Shown here piece by piece: positions 49,151-59,765 of a DNA stretch of 64,000 nucleotides. Both the position numbers and the translations under genes were made by a program. Source of the DNA: Octopus bimaculoides (taxonomy: Eukaryota); assembly GCF_001194135.2 (NCBI RefSeq), contig NC_068994.1:45012260-45076259 (forward strand), given 5' to 3'. The notes beneath the pieces are model-generated. The model had not been told where the DNA came from. It ran no database searches and saw only the letters and a program-made list of their open reading frames with translations. The first letter of the stretch is position 1, and each line of letters opens with the position of its first letter.

Positions 49151-49389
49151 TCACATTTTTCTCTTTTTCCGTTTGGGTGAACAAACATCTTTAGGAGCAG
49201 GCTTTATGTTACCCTCATCATCACTATCATCATCGTCGTCATTGCTGTTATCGGAAGAGGGACTGTCTTCAGCAGAGTTACCTTCATCTAGCAGATCTGT
49301 ATCTGTGGCCTTTGCAAGCCAAGCATTCTTTTTTTCCATGTCAACCAGCTTCATCACACTAACCATGGAACGACCAGCTTTCCTGGCAG
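49151..49389 (-). CDS. RPP30: RPP30 last exon (acidic tract + basic NLS-like tail)
   Basis: (A)ARKAGRSMVSVMKLVDMEKKNAWLAKATDTDLLDEGNSAEDSPSSDNSNDDDDDSDDEGNIKPAPKDVCSPKRKKRKM*; long polypyrimidine acceptor. Confidence 0.88.
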
Positions 49390-50459
49390 CTATGTAAGGG
49401 TTGAGAAGTAGGATAAAACAATAAATAAGAGAAGAAGAAAAAAAAAAAAAAATTTAAACAATACAATTCTAACCCTAACCCTATGTTTCTGAGAAGAGGA
49501 ATTTACATATTAATATTAATCCTTTAACATTCAGATTTCTGTCAATTGCAATGCTTATTTATTCACATTGATAAAATTAGTCATACATTAGCTTGTAGCT
49601 TTGAGATTTCAACGCCGTGATCGTTTATTTTTATAATATTTCAGGGTAAATTTGAGAGGCTGGAACTGGCCAGTTTGAAGATAAAACAGGTAGATTATTT
49701 TGGATGGATAAGGCCAGTTTAAATGCTAAAGGGTTAATGCAGTGTAGTCACCTACAGTTTCCAAGTTCAATCCCAGGCAAGGTGAGTCACAAGACACCTG
49801 AAAAAGGCTGATGCATACAACAGCTGAGGCACAGTGAAAGTAACAATTAAGATGAGAACAGGCACCATATGAAAACATTGTCAGGAATCCTGGACATACT
49901 TTTGCAGTTGACTGGAAGCATACAACACTGCTTGTATTGTAGCGAGGTGAAGGAAAAGAAAAGTGGTAATCCAGTAACCTATGGGATAAAAACTGTGACT
50001 TAGATGCTTCACAGATTTGACTGCCTTCTAGCTTGTGATCATCTGGTTGTTTCTATATTTCGACAAAATATATTAGGGTGTGATTTGAGGAAAATTTGGC
50101 TGATATTTCTGTAGTCTTCTTAAAACCCTTTTGTTACTGTATTTCTGGTGAAATGCATTGATTTTGAAAATAACAAAGAATTTAGTAAAATAACTTTGTC
50201 ATTTTTAAGTTGGTGTTTGGAACTAGGAACTAGATTCACATGAAATTTTGATGGAAGGTTTTAATTTAAATCATTTTAAAATAGGACATTTGTAACATAC
50301 ACCCAGAGATGGTCTTGGGCAGGTTGTGGTAAGAAGCTTGCTTCTCAACAACATGGTACCAGGTTCAGTCCCACTATGTGGCACCTTGGGCCACATAGCC
50401 TCAGGCCGACCAAAGCCTTGTGAGTGGATTTGGGAGACGGAAACTGAAAGAAGCTCATC

Positions 50460-50491
<32 letters not shown>

Positions 50492-53400
50492 TTTTGTATC
50501 TGTGTTTGTCCCCCCACCATTGTTTGACAACCAATGTTGGTGTGTTTATGTCCCTCTGTAACTTAGCAGTTTGGCAAAAGAAACCAATAGAATAAGTACC
50601 AGGTTTACAAAGAATAAATCCTGGAGTCGGTTTCTTTGACTAGAAGTTTCTTTAAGGTGATGCCCCAACACGGCCACAGTTAAATGACTGAAACAAGTAA
50701 AAGAATGAAAGAATAGTGCCAGTTGGAGTAAACAATACAAAACAAAACCAAAGACAAAGTGTGACTCACCTGCATGTGATAGGACTGACTGGCAATTAGT
50801 TGTGAGGGCAGCACGAACTTTGACTTCTGATAAACCAAGCATTAAACCTCTGGTAGCAAGAATGAGAGTCAAGGAAAAAATGGTGGGCACCTAGACAATA
50901 ACACTGGTTACATTGCATGATATACTAAACAGTGCTTTGGCGTCTGTGTGTGTGTGTGTGTGATGGGCTGGAGGGGACGGGTGGTAGTATTCAAACCAAA
51001 TGTAGCTATGCCAAAATAGCAAAGAGAGGGAGAGAGTAAAAGAGGGGTAGTGAAAGTCTGATAATGTTAATGCAAAATAGAATACATATTAGTATCACTG
51101 TCTTAATGTCTACATTTCCATGCTTATGAAATTCTCAAGTTTCTTGGCATGAGGTATCAAGACAAGGAAACACACACACCACTGTTGTTGTTGTTGGCAC
51201 TCCGTCGCTTACGACGTCGAAGGTTCCAGTTGATCCGATCAACGGAACAGCCTGCTCATGAAATTAACGTGCAAGTGGCTGAGCACTCCACAGACATGTG
51301 TACCCTTAACGTAGTTCTCGGGGGGGATATTCAGCATGACACAGTGTGACAAGGCTGACCCTTTGAATTACAGGCACAACAGAAACAGGAAGTAAGAGTG
51401 AGAGAAAGTTGTGGTGAAAGAGTACAGCAGGGTTCGCCACCATCCCCTGCCGGAGCCTCGTGGAGCTTTAGGTGTTTTTCACTCAATAAACATTCACAAC
51501 GCCCGGTCTGGGAATCGAAACCGCGATCGTATGACCGCGAGTCCGCTGCCCTAACCACTGGGCCATTGTGCCTCCACTACACACGCACACACACGTACAT
51601 ACAAACAAACAAACAAACAAATGCATATATATATATCAGCAGTAGCAAGGTGTGCAGCTGTGCAGTGGGGCTAGACCCTAGACAACATAGTTGGGAAGCA
51701 AGCTTTTAATTAAAGCTGAGACTTCCCTCTGTCGTTATACTTAACTTCAAAACACAGAACACTGAGTAGAGACATAGGGATACCTCAAGTTTGAATAAAT
51801 GAATAAGCTCTACTATATGTATTCAGTACTTACACACTTCATTTGGAAATTGAGAGAGAGAGAGAGTGATGGGTTGGGAGTTCAGCAGTTATTAAGAGTA
51901 TCTCTCTGTTATAAAGGATACAGTACTCTCACATCATAGGGTCCTCGTAAGTCTAAGGTCTAAAGTAAAAGAAAAGGAAAGTAAAAACAAAAATATATAC
52001 AAGACATTTCAACAAAAAGAAAGACTGCTGAAGTTTCTATAAATAGATATACAGCACTTTGGGTCATAGTAGTTGTTTAACCACAGGTTGGATTTGATAC
52101 AGGAGACCTATGATCACAAACCTTGCAGCCTTGACCATTTCATCTTGTATTTGCACATAATATATCTACAGACTTGTCATCCACTGTTCCTTTCTATTTT
52201 TTTAAGGTGGTAGGTTATGATTTCAGTGATGAACTGGTGTCCCATTCAAGGGGGAATCTGGGTTAAACTTTAGCCTTACGATCCCTGGGGTTTGTGACAA
52301 ACCTGAGACCTAAGAAAGGTATGATTTTTCAAAGATATTTGGTTGATATTTTTAGCATATTGAGTAGCCACATAGAGGCTCTTTCGATGGCAAATGTCAG
52401 CTATTTGTAACAGTTATAGTGTTGTTGATGATATCAGAAGCACATGGCTAAATGGTTAAAAATGTTGGCCTCACAATCATAAGGTTGTGGGTTCAATTCC
52501 CAGACCAGGAGAAATATTTTGTCCTTGAGCAAGGCCTTTCCTTTCATGTTACTCGAATCTACTCAGTTGAAAATAAGTACCAGCTTAGTGTTAATGTTGC
52601 CCTTTCTCTCTCTCATCAGCTATCACATCAATGCTTCACAGAGTTAAAGGCTGAAAGAGCCTAGAGGGTATACATGACTACTTGTGACTACACAAGCAGC
52701 TAAAAATATTAGTGAAGCATGGTACATGCTAACAGGTCATACTCACTGGCAAGTGATGGCTACATATTTGTTTCATGTTGGTGATGAGGAGGAGGAGGAG
52801 GATAATTTAGTTGCTGATGGTGATATTCAATATTGTGAAATGTTGACAACACAGGCAACAAAAACATAGAAAAAAAAACAAGCCTGGTATGGAGATTTAG
52901 AATTACAATTGTGTGTATGGGTGTGTGCACATGCATACATGCATATATATATAATCAAACTAAAACATAGGCTAAACAATCATATATTAATTAATATCGA
53001 TTTATTACCAGGAAGCTAGCACATTTAAAGAATCCGAGAGAATCAGAAAAAATATCTGAGATCTCAGGAGATTAAAGTATATGTTTATATATAATGTTGA
53101 CCACTAAAGTGGACATTTAATGTGCTAGAAATAGACCACGTGTCTACTAAGACCTAAATTGTTCTCAAAACAAAATTCAGTGGAATACCAAAGCGTATGT
53201 GGGCAACAGTGAAAATTACAGAAATAAAACATGTTTAATAATGTTTTATTTCTGTAATTTTCACTGTCTTGCCCGCATATACTTTGGTATTCCGCTGAAT
53301 TTCGTTTTGAGAACAATTTAGGTCTTAGTAGACACGTGGTCTATTTCTAGCACATTAAATGTCCACTTTAGTGGTCAACGTTATATACAAAAACATATAT

Positions 53401-53678
53401 NNNNNNNNNNNNNNNNNNNNNNNNNNNNNNNNNNNNNNNNNNNNNNNNNNNNNNNNNNNNNNNNNNNNNNNNNNNNNNNNNNNTATATATATATATATAT
53501 ATAAAAGATAATAAGAGTGAAAAAACTACAGAAGGCTTGTGTTACATGGTTAAAGTATATATTTAAATTATGTCAGAAAAATGTTAGAAAAACGTTAGAA
53601 AGATGTTATAAAATCTTTTTGGTATATAAACATTGTATTTTGAGAAATAACCGGTTTCGTGTTGTCTTTTCAAATTTC

Positions 53679-53715
<37 letters not shown>

Positions 53716-55896
53716 GATGTATGTGTGTGTGACTTCAGAACAGAAAAATATGTAAACAAGAAAAAAGAAAGAGACAGAGATGCTATGATGGCTTCATAGC
53801 TTGTCGTTGCTATGACAACTGGTAAACAAATAACAAATAAATACTCACATTCTCACAGCCACTGCTTAAAATGATATTCTGAAAGAAGAAAATAAAATAA
53901 GATTGTCTGAGAAGTTATCAGATATCAGAATGTGTGTGTGTGTGTGTGTACATGCACATTTGTGTCTGAGTAAATGTTTGCATTCTGCACTGATTTTAAA
54001 ATTTTTTGCTGAGTTTCTGGACAGTGACAATCAACGACCATCACTTTCCACAGCTCAGCAAATGCTGAAGATGAGTGAAATGAAAAGGTTCCCTACTTGG
54101 AAAAACAAGTTATGAGTTATCAACAGGAGGGGCATGCATCCAACAACGCTTCAATTGTACATATTTTTATAACCCATACTAGTTAAGAAAAAAATGGCAT
54201 AAAATGAACAAATGAATGAAATATTACTACTGTGATGACATCGACAACATCAATGTTACTGTCATCATCATCAGCATCATTTAATGTGCGTTTTTCATGC
54301 TGGCATGGGTTGACTGGTTTGACAGGATCCAATGAACCACAGAACTGCATCAAGCCCCAGTATGAGCTTTGGCATGTTTTTTCTGCAGTTGGATACCATT
54401 CCTAGTGCTAGTAGTGATGATGATGATGATGATGATGATGATTGTGATAAGGATTTTCGAGCGAGATCGTTGCCAGTGCCCCTGGACTGGCTCTTGTGTG
54501 GGTGGCACATAAAGTACACCATTTCGAGCGTGGCTGTTGCCAGTACCGCCTGACTGGCCTTCGTAGGATTTTCGAGCGAGATCGTTGCCAGTGCCCCTGG
54601 ACTGGCTCCTGTGCAGGTGGCACATAAAATACACCATTTGAGCATGGCCGTTGCCAGTACCGCCTGACTGGCCTTCGTGCCGGTGGCACATAAAAAGCAC
54701 CCACTACACTCTCTGAGTGGTTGGCGCTAGGAAGGGCATCCAGCTGTAGAAACTCTGCCAAATCAGATTGGAGCCTGGTGTAGCCATCTGGTTTCACCAG
54801 GCATTAGTCAAATCGTCCAACCCATGCTAGCATCGAAAGCGGACGTTAAACGATGATGATGACATACATAGAAACCAATTTACAACTTACTTTTCCTTTA
54901 CCAACTTCAATCAGAGTCTGGACGTTTGTGATGATGTTTCTCCGGGCCTCCTGGTCCCTAATCATGGGCCCATACTGAATCTCAAAATGTACACCACGTT
55001 CATAAGCCTGTTTGTTGCACAATAAAAGAAGGAAGGAAGGAAGGATGTGAATGATGCAGTTAATTAAACAATAGCATATAAATAAATGAATGCAAGCATG
55101 GTTGTGTGATCAAAGGTTTATTCTGCAATCATTTGCTTTTGGGTTCAATCCCAATGCACAGCACCATGGGCAAGTGTCTTTTACAATAGCCTTAACAGTA
55201 ACAAACGATGATTGATGTCACATCTCAAAAGACAACCACTAGATAACATTGACAAGTGTATTAATTTGATTTACCATCCATATTTATATATAAGATACTA
55301 CAATTACCCGTCATTTTTGATGGCATGGGGGTCAGCTAGTTTAAATTACTGTAATTATTAAGCTGGTAGATGATAGAAAACTTGATACAGTGGCAGAAAG
55401 AATGCTTTGTATATATAGTGGCATTCGTTTACATTCTGAGTTCAAATTCCACTAAGTGGAACAATAAAATACAGTGCTAATCAAGTGTTAGAATCATCAC
55501 AATCAACTACAGCCTCCTACAAAATTTACTGGCCTTGTATCAATGTAAAAAAAAAAAAAAAAAGGTCTAACTTCTGTCATACACATGTGTATATGTGATC
55601 ACATGATCACATCATCAAAATCTTGAAGCTATGCGATAATGTTCGTTTAATTCAAAGTAATGTGAATAAATAAGCATGACATTTGGCAGAATAATCTGAA
55701 TGTTGAAGGAATGAAGGAACTACAACAAGGAAAAAACAAATGCAGAGATAGAAGAGGATGCGTAGGAGACATGTCAAACTGTGTCATATAGTATTAGTCC
55801 ACTTACTGCGTGTAATGATGGGTACTTCAAATTAAAAGGAAGAAGCTTGGATAAATCCAGTGAGATGATGTCAACTTCCAATGTTTGACAGGCCGT
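49151..55896 (-). CDS. RPP30: Ribonuclease P/MRP protein subunit p30, 3' six coding exons (5' exons not located)
   Basis: Exons 55896-55807 (90 nt, TACQTLEVDIISLDLSKLLPFNLKYPSLHA), 55007-54891 (117 nt, AYERGVHFEIQYGPMIRDQEARRNIITNVQTLIEVGKGK), 53878-53849 (30 nt, NIILSSGCEN), 51959-51922 (38 nt, TLDLRGPYDVRVL), 50849-50770 (80 nt, GLMLGLSEVKVRAALTTNCQSVLSHA) and 49389-49151. All introns are GT-AG. Matches human RPP30 (RGLAFELVYSP, KGKNVIISS, LEIRGPYDV, GLSE...AAVSTNC). Confidence 0.93.
50318..50715 (+). mobile_element. Family-B SINE
   Basis: GTGGTAAGAAGCTTGCT..GGTTCAGTCCCACT..ACCTTGGG..GTGAGTGGATTTG, internal TA/GT run, tail AAATGACTGAAACAAGTAAAAGAATG. Confidence 0.8.
50770..50849 (-). CDS. 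RPP30: RPP30 exon (80 nt)
   Basis: CCAG acceptor, GCAG|GTGAGT donor; GLMLGLSEVKVRAALTTNCQSVLSHA. Confidence 0.92.
51183..51577 (-). mobile_element. Young tRNA-derived SINE, family C, (AAC)n tail
   Basis: Minus head GTGGAGGCACAATGGCCCAGTGGTTAGGGCAGCGGACTCGCGGTCATACGATCGCGGTTTCGATTCCCAG (A- and B-boxes). Closely similar to 62131-62476 in the opposite orientation; CpG-rich. Confidence 0.85.
51922..51959 (-). CDS. RPP30: RPP30 exon (38 nt)
   Basis: CCTTTTCTTTTACTTTAG acceptor; TLDLRGPYDVRV; GTATCC donor. Confidence 0.9.
53088..53387. repeat. Foldback (palindromic) element, about 145-bp arms, 8-nt loop, TA-flanked
   Basis: 53088-53232 is the reverse complement of 53241-53387 with six substitutions and one 2-bp indel. 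Confidence 0.92.
53849..53878 (-). CDS. RPP30: RPP30 microexon (30 nt)
   Basis: TTCTTCTTTCAG acceptor; NIILSSGCEN; GTGAGT donor. Confidence 0.9.
54270..54862 (+). mobile_element. Family-D retroposon tail composite with tandem GC-rich modules
   Basis: Three GCCAGT..ACTGGC..GTGCNGGTGGCAC..AAA..CACC modules, then GGAAGGGCATCCAGCTGTAGAAAC..CGTTAAACGATGATGATG. Confidence 0.75.
54891..55007 (-). CDS. RPP30: RPP30 exon (117 nt)
   Basis: AYERGVHFEIQYGPMIRDQEARRNIITNVQTLIEVGKGK; GTAAGT donor. Confidence 0.93.
55807..55896 (-). CDS. RPP30: RPP30 exon (90 nt)
   Basis: TACQTLEVDIISLDLSKLLPFNLKYPSLHA; CAG acceptor, GTAAGT donor. Confidence 0.92.
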
Positions 55897-56214
55897 CTGT
55901 GAAACAGCAAAAAAAAAAAAAAAATGTAAATGACATGGTTATACATAAAATTACAAACTATTCTACATATTTTTCTTCCAATTTNNNNNNNNNNNNNNNN
56001 NNNNNNNNNNNNNNNNNNNNNNNNNNNNNNNNNNNNNNNNNNNNNNNNNNNNNNNNNNNNNNNNNNNNNNNNNNNNNNNNNNNNNNNNNNNNNNNNNNNN
56101 NNNNNNNNNNNNNNNNNNNNNNNNNNNNNNNNNNNNNNNNNNNNNNNNNNNNNNNNNNNNNNNNNNNNNNNNNNNNNNNNNNNNNNNNNNNNNNNNNNNN
56201 NNNNNNNNNNNNNN

Positions 56215-56780
56215 GTGTGTGTACTTACATATAAGAGACCAAAGTGTATGTATGCTGCCATATGTATATAAAAAGGAATACAAAAAATGGGAGAAAAACA
56301 CAAAACATCTAGACAGATGATACAAAAAAGAGACAATAAAAAACACGGATGGGTCATTCGAAGTTTTCTTTCCTCAGTCGAGTTCCAGATTATCTTTGCA
56401 ATTGCAGCTGGTTATACTCGAGATTGCTCCAATCTGGCCAGCCCCAAGGAAAAACTAAGCTAAGAGCATTAGATTCCTTGGAAGAAAGCAGTGAATGTAG
56501 ACGAAAACAAGGACGGGAAAAAAACGGAGAAATGTTACACAAATACAAATGTAAATAACAAGATATAAAAACAGGTGTCTTTCGACTAAGGACGAATTAT
56601 ATTAAGCTGGCGTGTGTGAAAGTGAAGCCTTACGGCAGGGACATAAGAGATAACAGGCATGGGGAGGAATATAGATGTTGCACGGATGGTAGTCGAACCA
56701 AGAAAGAAAGGTCAGGCTTGGCCAAACACCAGATGCGTACGGTATTTGAGGACATGTATAATCTTTGTTTTAGAAAATAA
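56215..56780. repeat. Unclassified CpG-retaining interspersed repeat next to (GT)n gap (possible Penelope-like end)
   Basis: Composition and CpG retention differ from the flanks; it contains a CTGAGGA..CGAA hammerhead-like remnant on the minus strand (56350-56385). Classification is uncertain. Confidence 0.35.
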
Positions 56781-56789
56781 TAATGGCAG

Positions 56790-57590
56790 GCCCTCAGCTT
56801 ACTCAAAAATGAAGAGACATGCTGTTATTATGGTTATAAAGGCTGAGCATAGTAATTTAGAAATATCTCGATTTTTAAAAGTTGCCAGATCTTTCATCTA
56901 CAAAGTTTGTGAGGAGCTTAAGACAGAAGATGGAAATGTATCACCAGTATCAAAGCATAGAAAGCATTCTAAATGCTCTGAAATCATCAGAACACCTGAA
57001 TTTATCCAACAAGTTCAACAAACCGTTGATTACAATCCCAGAAAGTCCATGAGGTCAATTGCAAAAGATCTCCATATGTCAGAAGGAATGGTCAGAAATG
57101 TTATCCATGAATACATCAGATATATGATGAGGATATATATGAGGATATATGATGAGGAAAGGTCAATTTGTCAGGAAAAGCAAAAGGAACTCACTACATC
57201 ATATCTAAAAGGCTCTTCAACAAACTGAAAAATTCAGCTGAAGAAGATATGATTTGGTTTTTCTAAAACAAGAAAAATTTCAACCAAGATCAAAAAATTA
57301 ACAGAAGAAATGACAGATGGTTATGTGCAGACCCTTCTGAAGTTCCAAGTGTTATGCATACAAAATTTCCTGCAACTGTCATGGTTTTAGGGGTTGTCAG
57401 CAATGAAGGACATGTGATGCCTCCTTACTTCTTTCTACAAGGCCTTAGGGTTAACTCTACCACCTACATTGAGGTCCTGGAAATAATTGTTAAGCCCTGG
57501 ATAGGCAGTGTATGCAATGGAAGGCCATATGACTCTAGTAACACAGGAATGGATGGCTGAAAATGTTCATGATCACACAACCCCCAACAT
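56790..57590 (+). mobile_element. Degenerate maT/DD37D-type (Tc1-mariner superfamily) transposase
   Basis: MKRHAVIMVIKAEHSNLEISRFLKVARSFIYKV..RTPEFIQQVQQTVDYNPRKSMRSIAKDLHMSEG..; then HTKFPATVMVLGVVSNEGHVMPPYFF.QGLRVNS..Y.EVL..IVKPWI, with frameshifts. Confidence 0.8.
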
Positions 57591-57755
57591 TACATGCATC
57601 ATTTATTTAATAACAGTTTGACTCAGCTCCATGCAACTTAATGTTTGATAGGCTCATAGAACTATACTTGTGGGAGGGCTGAGGGAACCCAACAAAGCTG
57701 CATAGAACTGAGTCGAAATGTTATTAAGTAATGTGCGCACGCACACACACACACG

Positions 57756-57983
57756 TTAACCATTTAACGTTTAAACCAGCCAAATCCAGCCCAAATATTC
57801 TCTCTGTTTTATGTTTGAAGCAGTCAGATCCAGCTTCTCAAACTGACCCTAGAAAGTAATTCTAAAAATAAACAATCACATCATTGAAATCTTGAAGCTT
57901 GGAGATAATGAATGATTAATTCAAAGCAATGTGAATGAATAAACATTACATTTGAGAGAGTAAGATTACCACTAAAGGGTTAA
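57756..57983. mobile_element. piggyBac-like MITE copy
   Basis: TTAA-CC..AAAGGG-TTAA; body similar to 23262-23472. Confidence 0.65.
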
Positions 57984-58190
57984 TCGACTGTAAATTTACA
58001 TAAATCACTCAAGGGCCGAGAAATTTCATGCATTGCATTTATCAAACTAATGTTATACATACATATCATTAACAATACATGTACATACACAAGTACACAT
58101 TAACAACATACATTATTAATAACACGCACATACACACATATATAAATAATATATAAACACAGTATCAATGGCACGCACACATTATTAACA

Positions 58191-58221
<31 letters not shown>

Positions 58222-58652
58222 CATTCCAAGAAATGAGAGAAAAATCAAAAAACAAATAATGTCACTAAAGAATTGCAAATGAGTGTTATGTCAAGTCGGA
58301 GCTCAGATGCATATGACATGGCAGAGCTGTTTATGACATCATAACTATGTATAAGAACAACAGAAGCAACAGCAGCAACAACAACAACAATAACAAGAAC
58401 AGCAACAACAAACTAACACCAACAAAAACAGGCCAAATCTCTTTTCTCTTTAGCAATAATTGTTTCCCTTTCCTGCTGTTGCCCTGCTGTTCTTCTTGTA
58501 GTGAAAACTGTTCAGTCAAAAGATTTTTTCCAGCACGTGCCCTGCACTTTCTTTCTCCCTCCCTCGCATGCACACGTGCATACACACACACACACGCACT
58601 CACGCACACACACACATATATTCTCTCACTCTCTTCCTTCTTTGATAATCTA

Positions 58653-59195
58653 ATGGAGAACTTTCTTACCTGGAGTATTGCACAGGTAGACACAACTTCT
58701 TTCACCTCCCCACACAAGTCCCAGCAGTGTGACGACAACAACAACAACAACAACAACAACAACTACAACTACGACAGCTACAGCAAAAATAAGGACAGCG
58801 AAGACAACGAACTGGAGATTCGATTATCGGCAATCTGTGCAGGAATCTTGCTTCTACTTACAATCTTCTTAACCACTGTCGTCTACGTGTCGAATATGTT
58901 CAACAATGCGGGGCTGGCTCTGTGGGAGGGCTGGGGAAACCCAACAACAAAGACAAAACGAGAGAAGGCTCGATGCTGGTGCGATGTCATAGCTCGGGCC
59001 TTGCTGGCTCCCAAGACGGAGAAGGTGACACCAAGAGAAAGTTCAAACCCTGTGAGTTGTGGCGAAAATGACGTGAGTGACAGCAGAAGCAGCAACAGTA
59101 AGGTAGAACGATCTCTTATTATCAGAAAGCAAAATGATAAATTACTGACGAAGAAGAAATATCAAGAATTAAGGATTGTCATTGACTTTCGGTGA
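58653..59195 (+). CDS. Putative intronless single-pass membrane protein (180 aa), unrecognised family
   Basis: Stop-free frame 58347-59195; ATG at 58653. Poly-Asn N-terminus, hydrophobic LSAICAGILLLLTIFLTTVVYV (aa 58-79), basic KTKREKAR, CWC, and C-terminal KYQELRIVIDFR*. Lies in a CpG-rich island with promoter-like microsatellites. No homolog recognised. Confidence 0.55.
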   Translation: MENFLTWSIAQVDTTSFTSPHKSQQCDDNNNNNNNNNYNYDSYSKNKDSEDNELEIRLSAICAGILLLLTIFLTTVVYVSNMFNNAGLALWEGWGNPTTKTKREKARCWCDVIARALLAPKTEKVTPRESSNPVSCGENDVSDSRSSNSKVERSLIIRKQNDKLLTKKKYQELRIVIDFR

Positions 59196-59267
59196 GATTC
59201 TGCTGAGATTTTTTTCCTTCTCTATTTTAACCTCCCATCAAATATTTTAAGTGTAGCACCACTGTTT

Positions 59268-59765
59268 GCATTTAGTATGTTCTTCCGTCTGCCCACACGC
59301 ATTTAGGTCATAATGTTGCATTCCATGAAACCCCAGGTCAGCATTGACCAAACAGATCTGTAACCGAAAAACATTCAAGGGATACGCATACTTTCTTTTC
59401 CCCCCTCTGTAATAGGGTATCCTGGACAACAACATTATCCAATTTGTTCTTATGTTAAGATGGTAAGGTCTGATTTGAGGGAGATTTACCTGTGATTTTT
59501 TTTAGAAAATGGAACAACTGTATTCAGTATGTTCTTCCATCTTTCTGAATACATTTAGGTCATAATGTTTGTATTCTATGAAACCCCAGGTCAGCAGTAA
59601 GCAAGCACATCTACGACCGAAAACATTTAAGGGATGTACTTTCTTTTCGCCCTCTGTACTAGAGTATCCTGGACAACAGCATTATCCAATTTGTCCTTAT
59701 TTTAAGATAGTAGGGTCTGATTTGAGGGAGATTTAGCTGTAATTTTTTGCAAATGGAGTAACTGC
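59268..59765. repeat. Diverged tandem duplication, two units of about 250 bp
   Basis: AGTATGTTCTTCC..CATTTAGGTCATAATG..ATGAAACCCCAGGTCAGC..TATCCTGGACAAC..ATTATCCAATTTG..TCTGATTTGAGGGAGATTTA occurs twice. Confidence 0.85.

Noticed and set aside
49468-49485. CCCTAA x2 telomere-like motif
   Set aside because: Only two units; chance level.
50850-50890. Extended RPP30 exon from TAG at 50891 (VPTIFSLTLILATR)
   Set aside because: The 38-nt RGPYDV exon at 51922-51959 requires the phase-2 acceptor at 50850, which restores homology.
51500-51577. tRNA-like heads (also 62131-62200 and family A/B heads)
   Set aside because: They have A/B boxes but continue into SINE bodies with simple-repeat tails; there is no complete cloverleaf or acceptor stem.
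54660-54705. HDV-like ribozyme reading of GGC-CTTCGT-GCC
   Set aside because: The loop resembles YYHCGY, but P1 with G1, P1.1, P4 and P2 could not be assembled.
56350-56385. Third hammerhead-like motif CTGAGGA-AAG aaaa CTT-CGAA(T)
   Set aside because: GAAA becomes GAAT, the base of stem II is mismatched, and no stem I/III or NUH site could be assigned; at most a remnant.
58660-58760. Minus-strand donor CAG|GTAAGA as RPP30 exon 1
   Set aside because: Phase and sequence do not match the RPP30 N-terminus, and exons 2-5 are not found between it and 55896.
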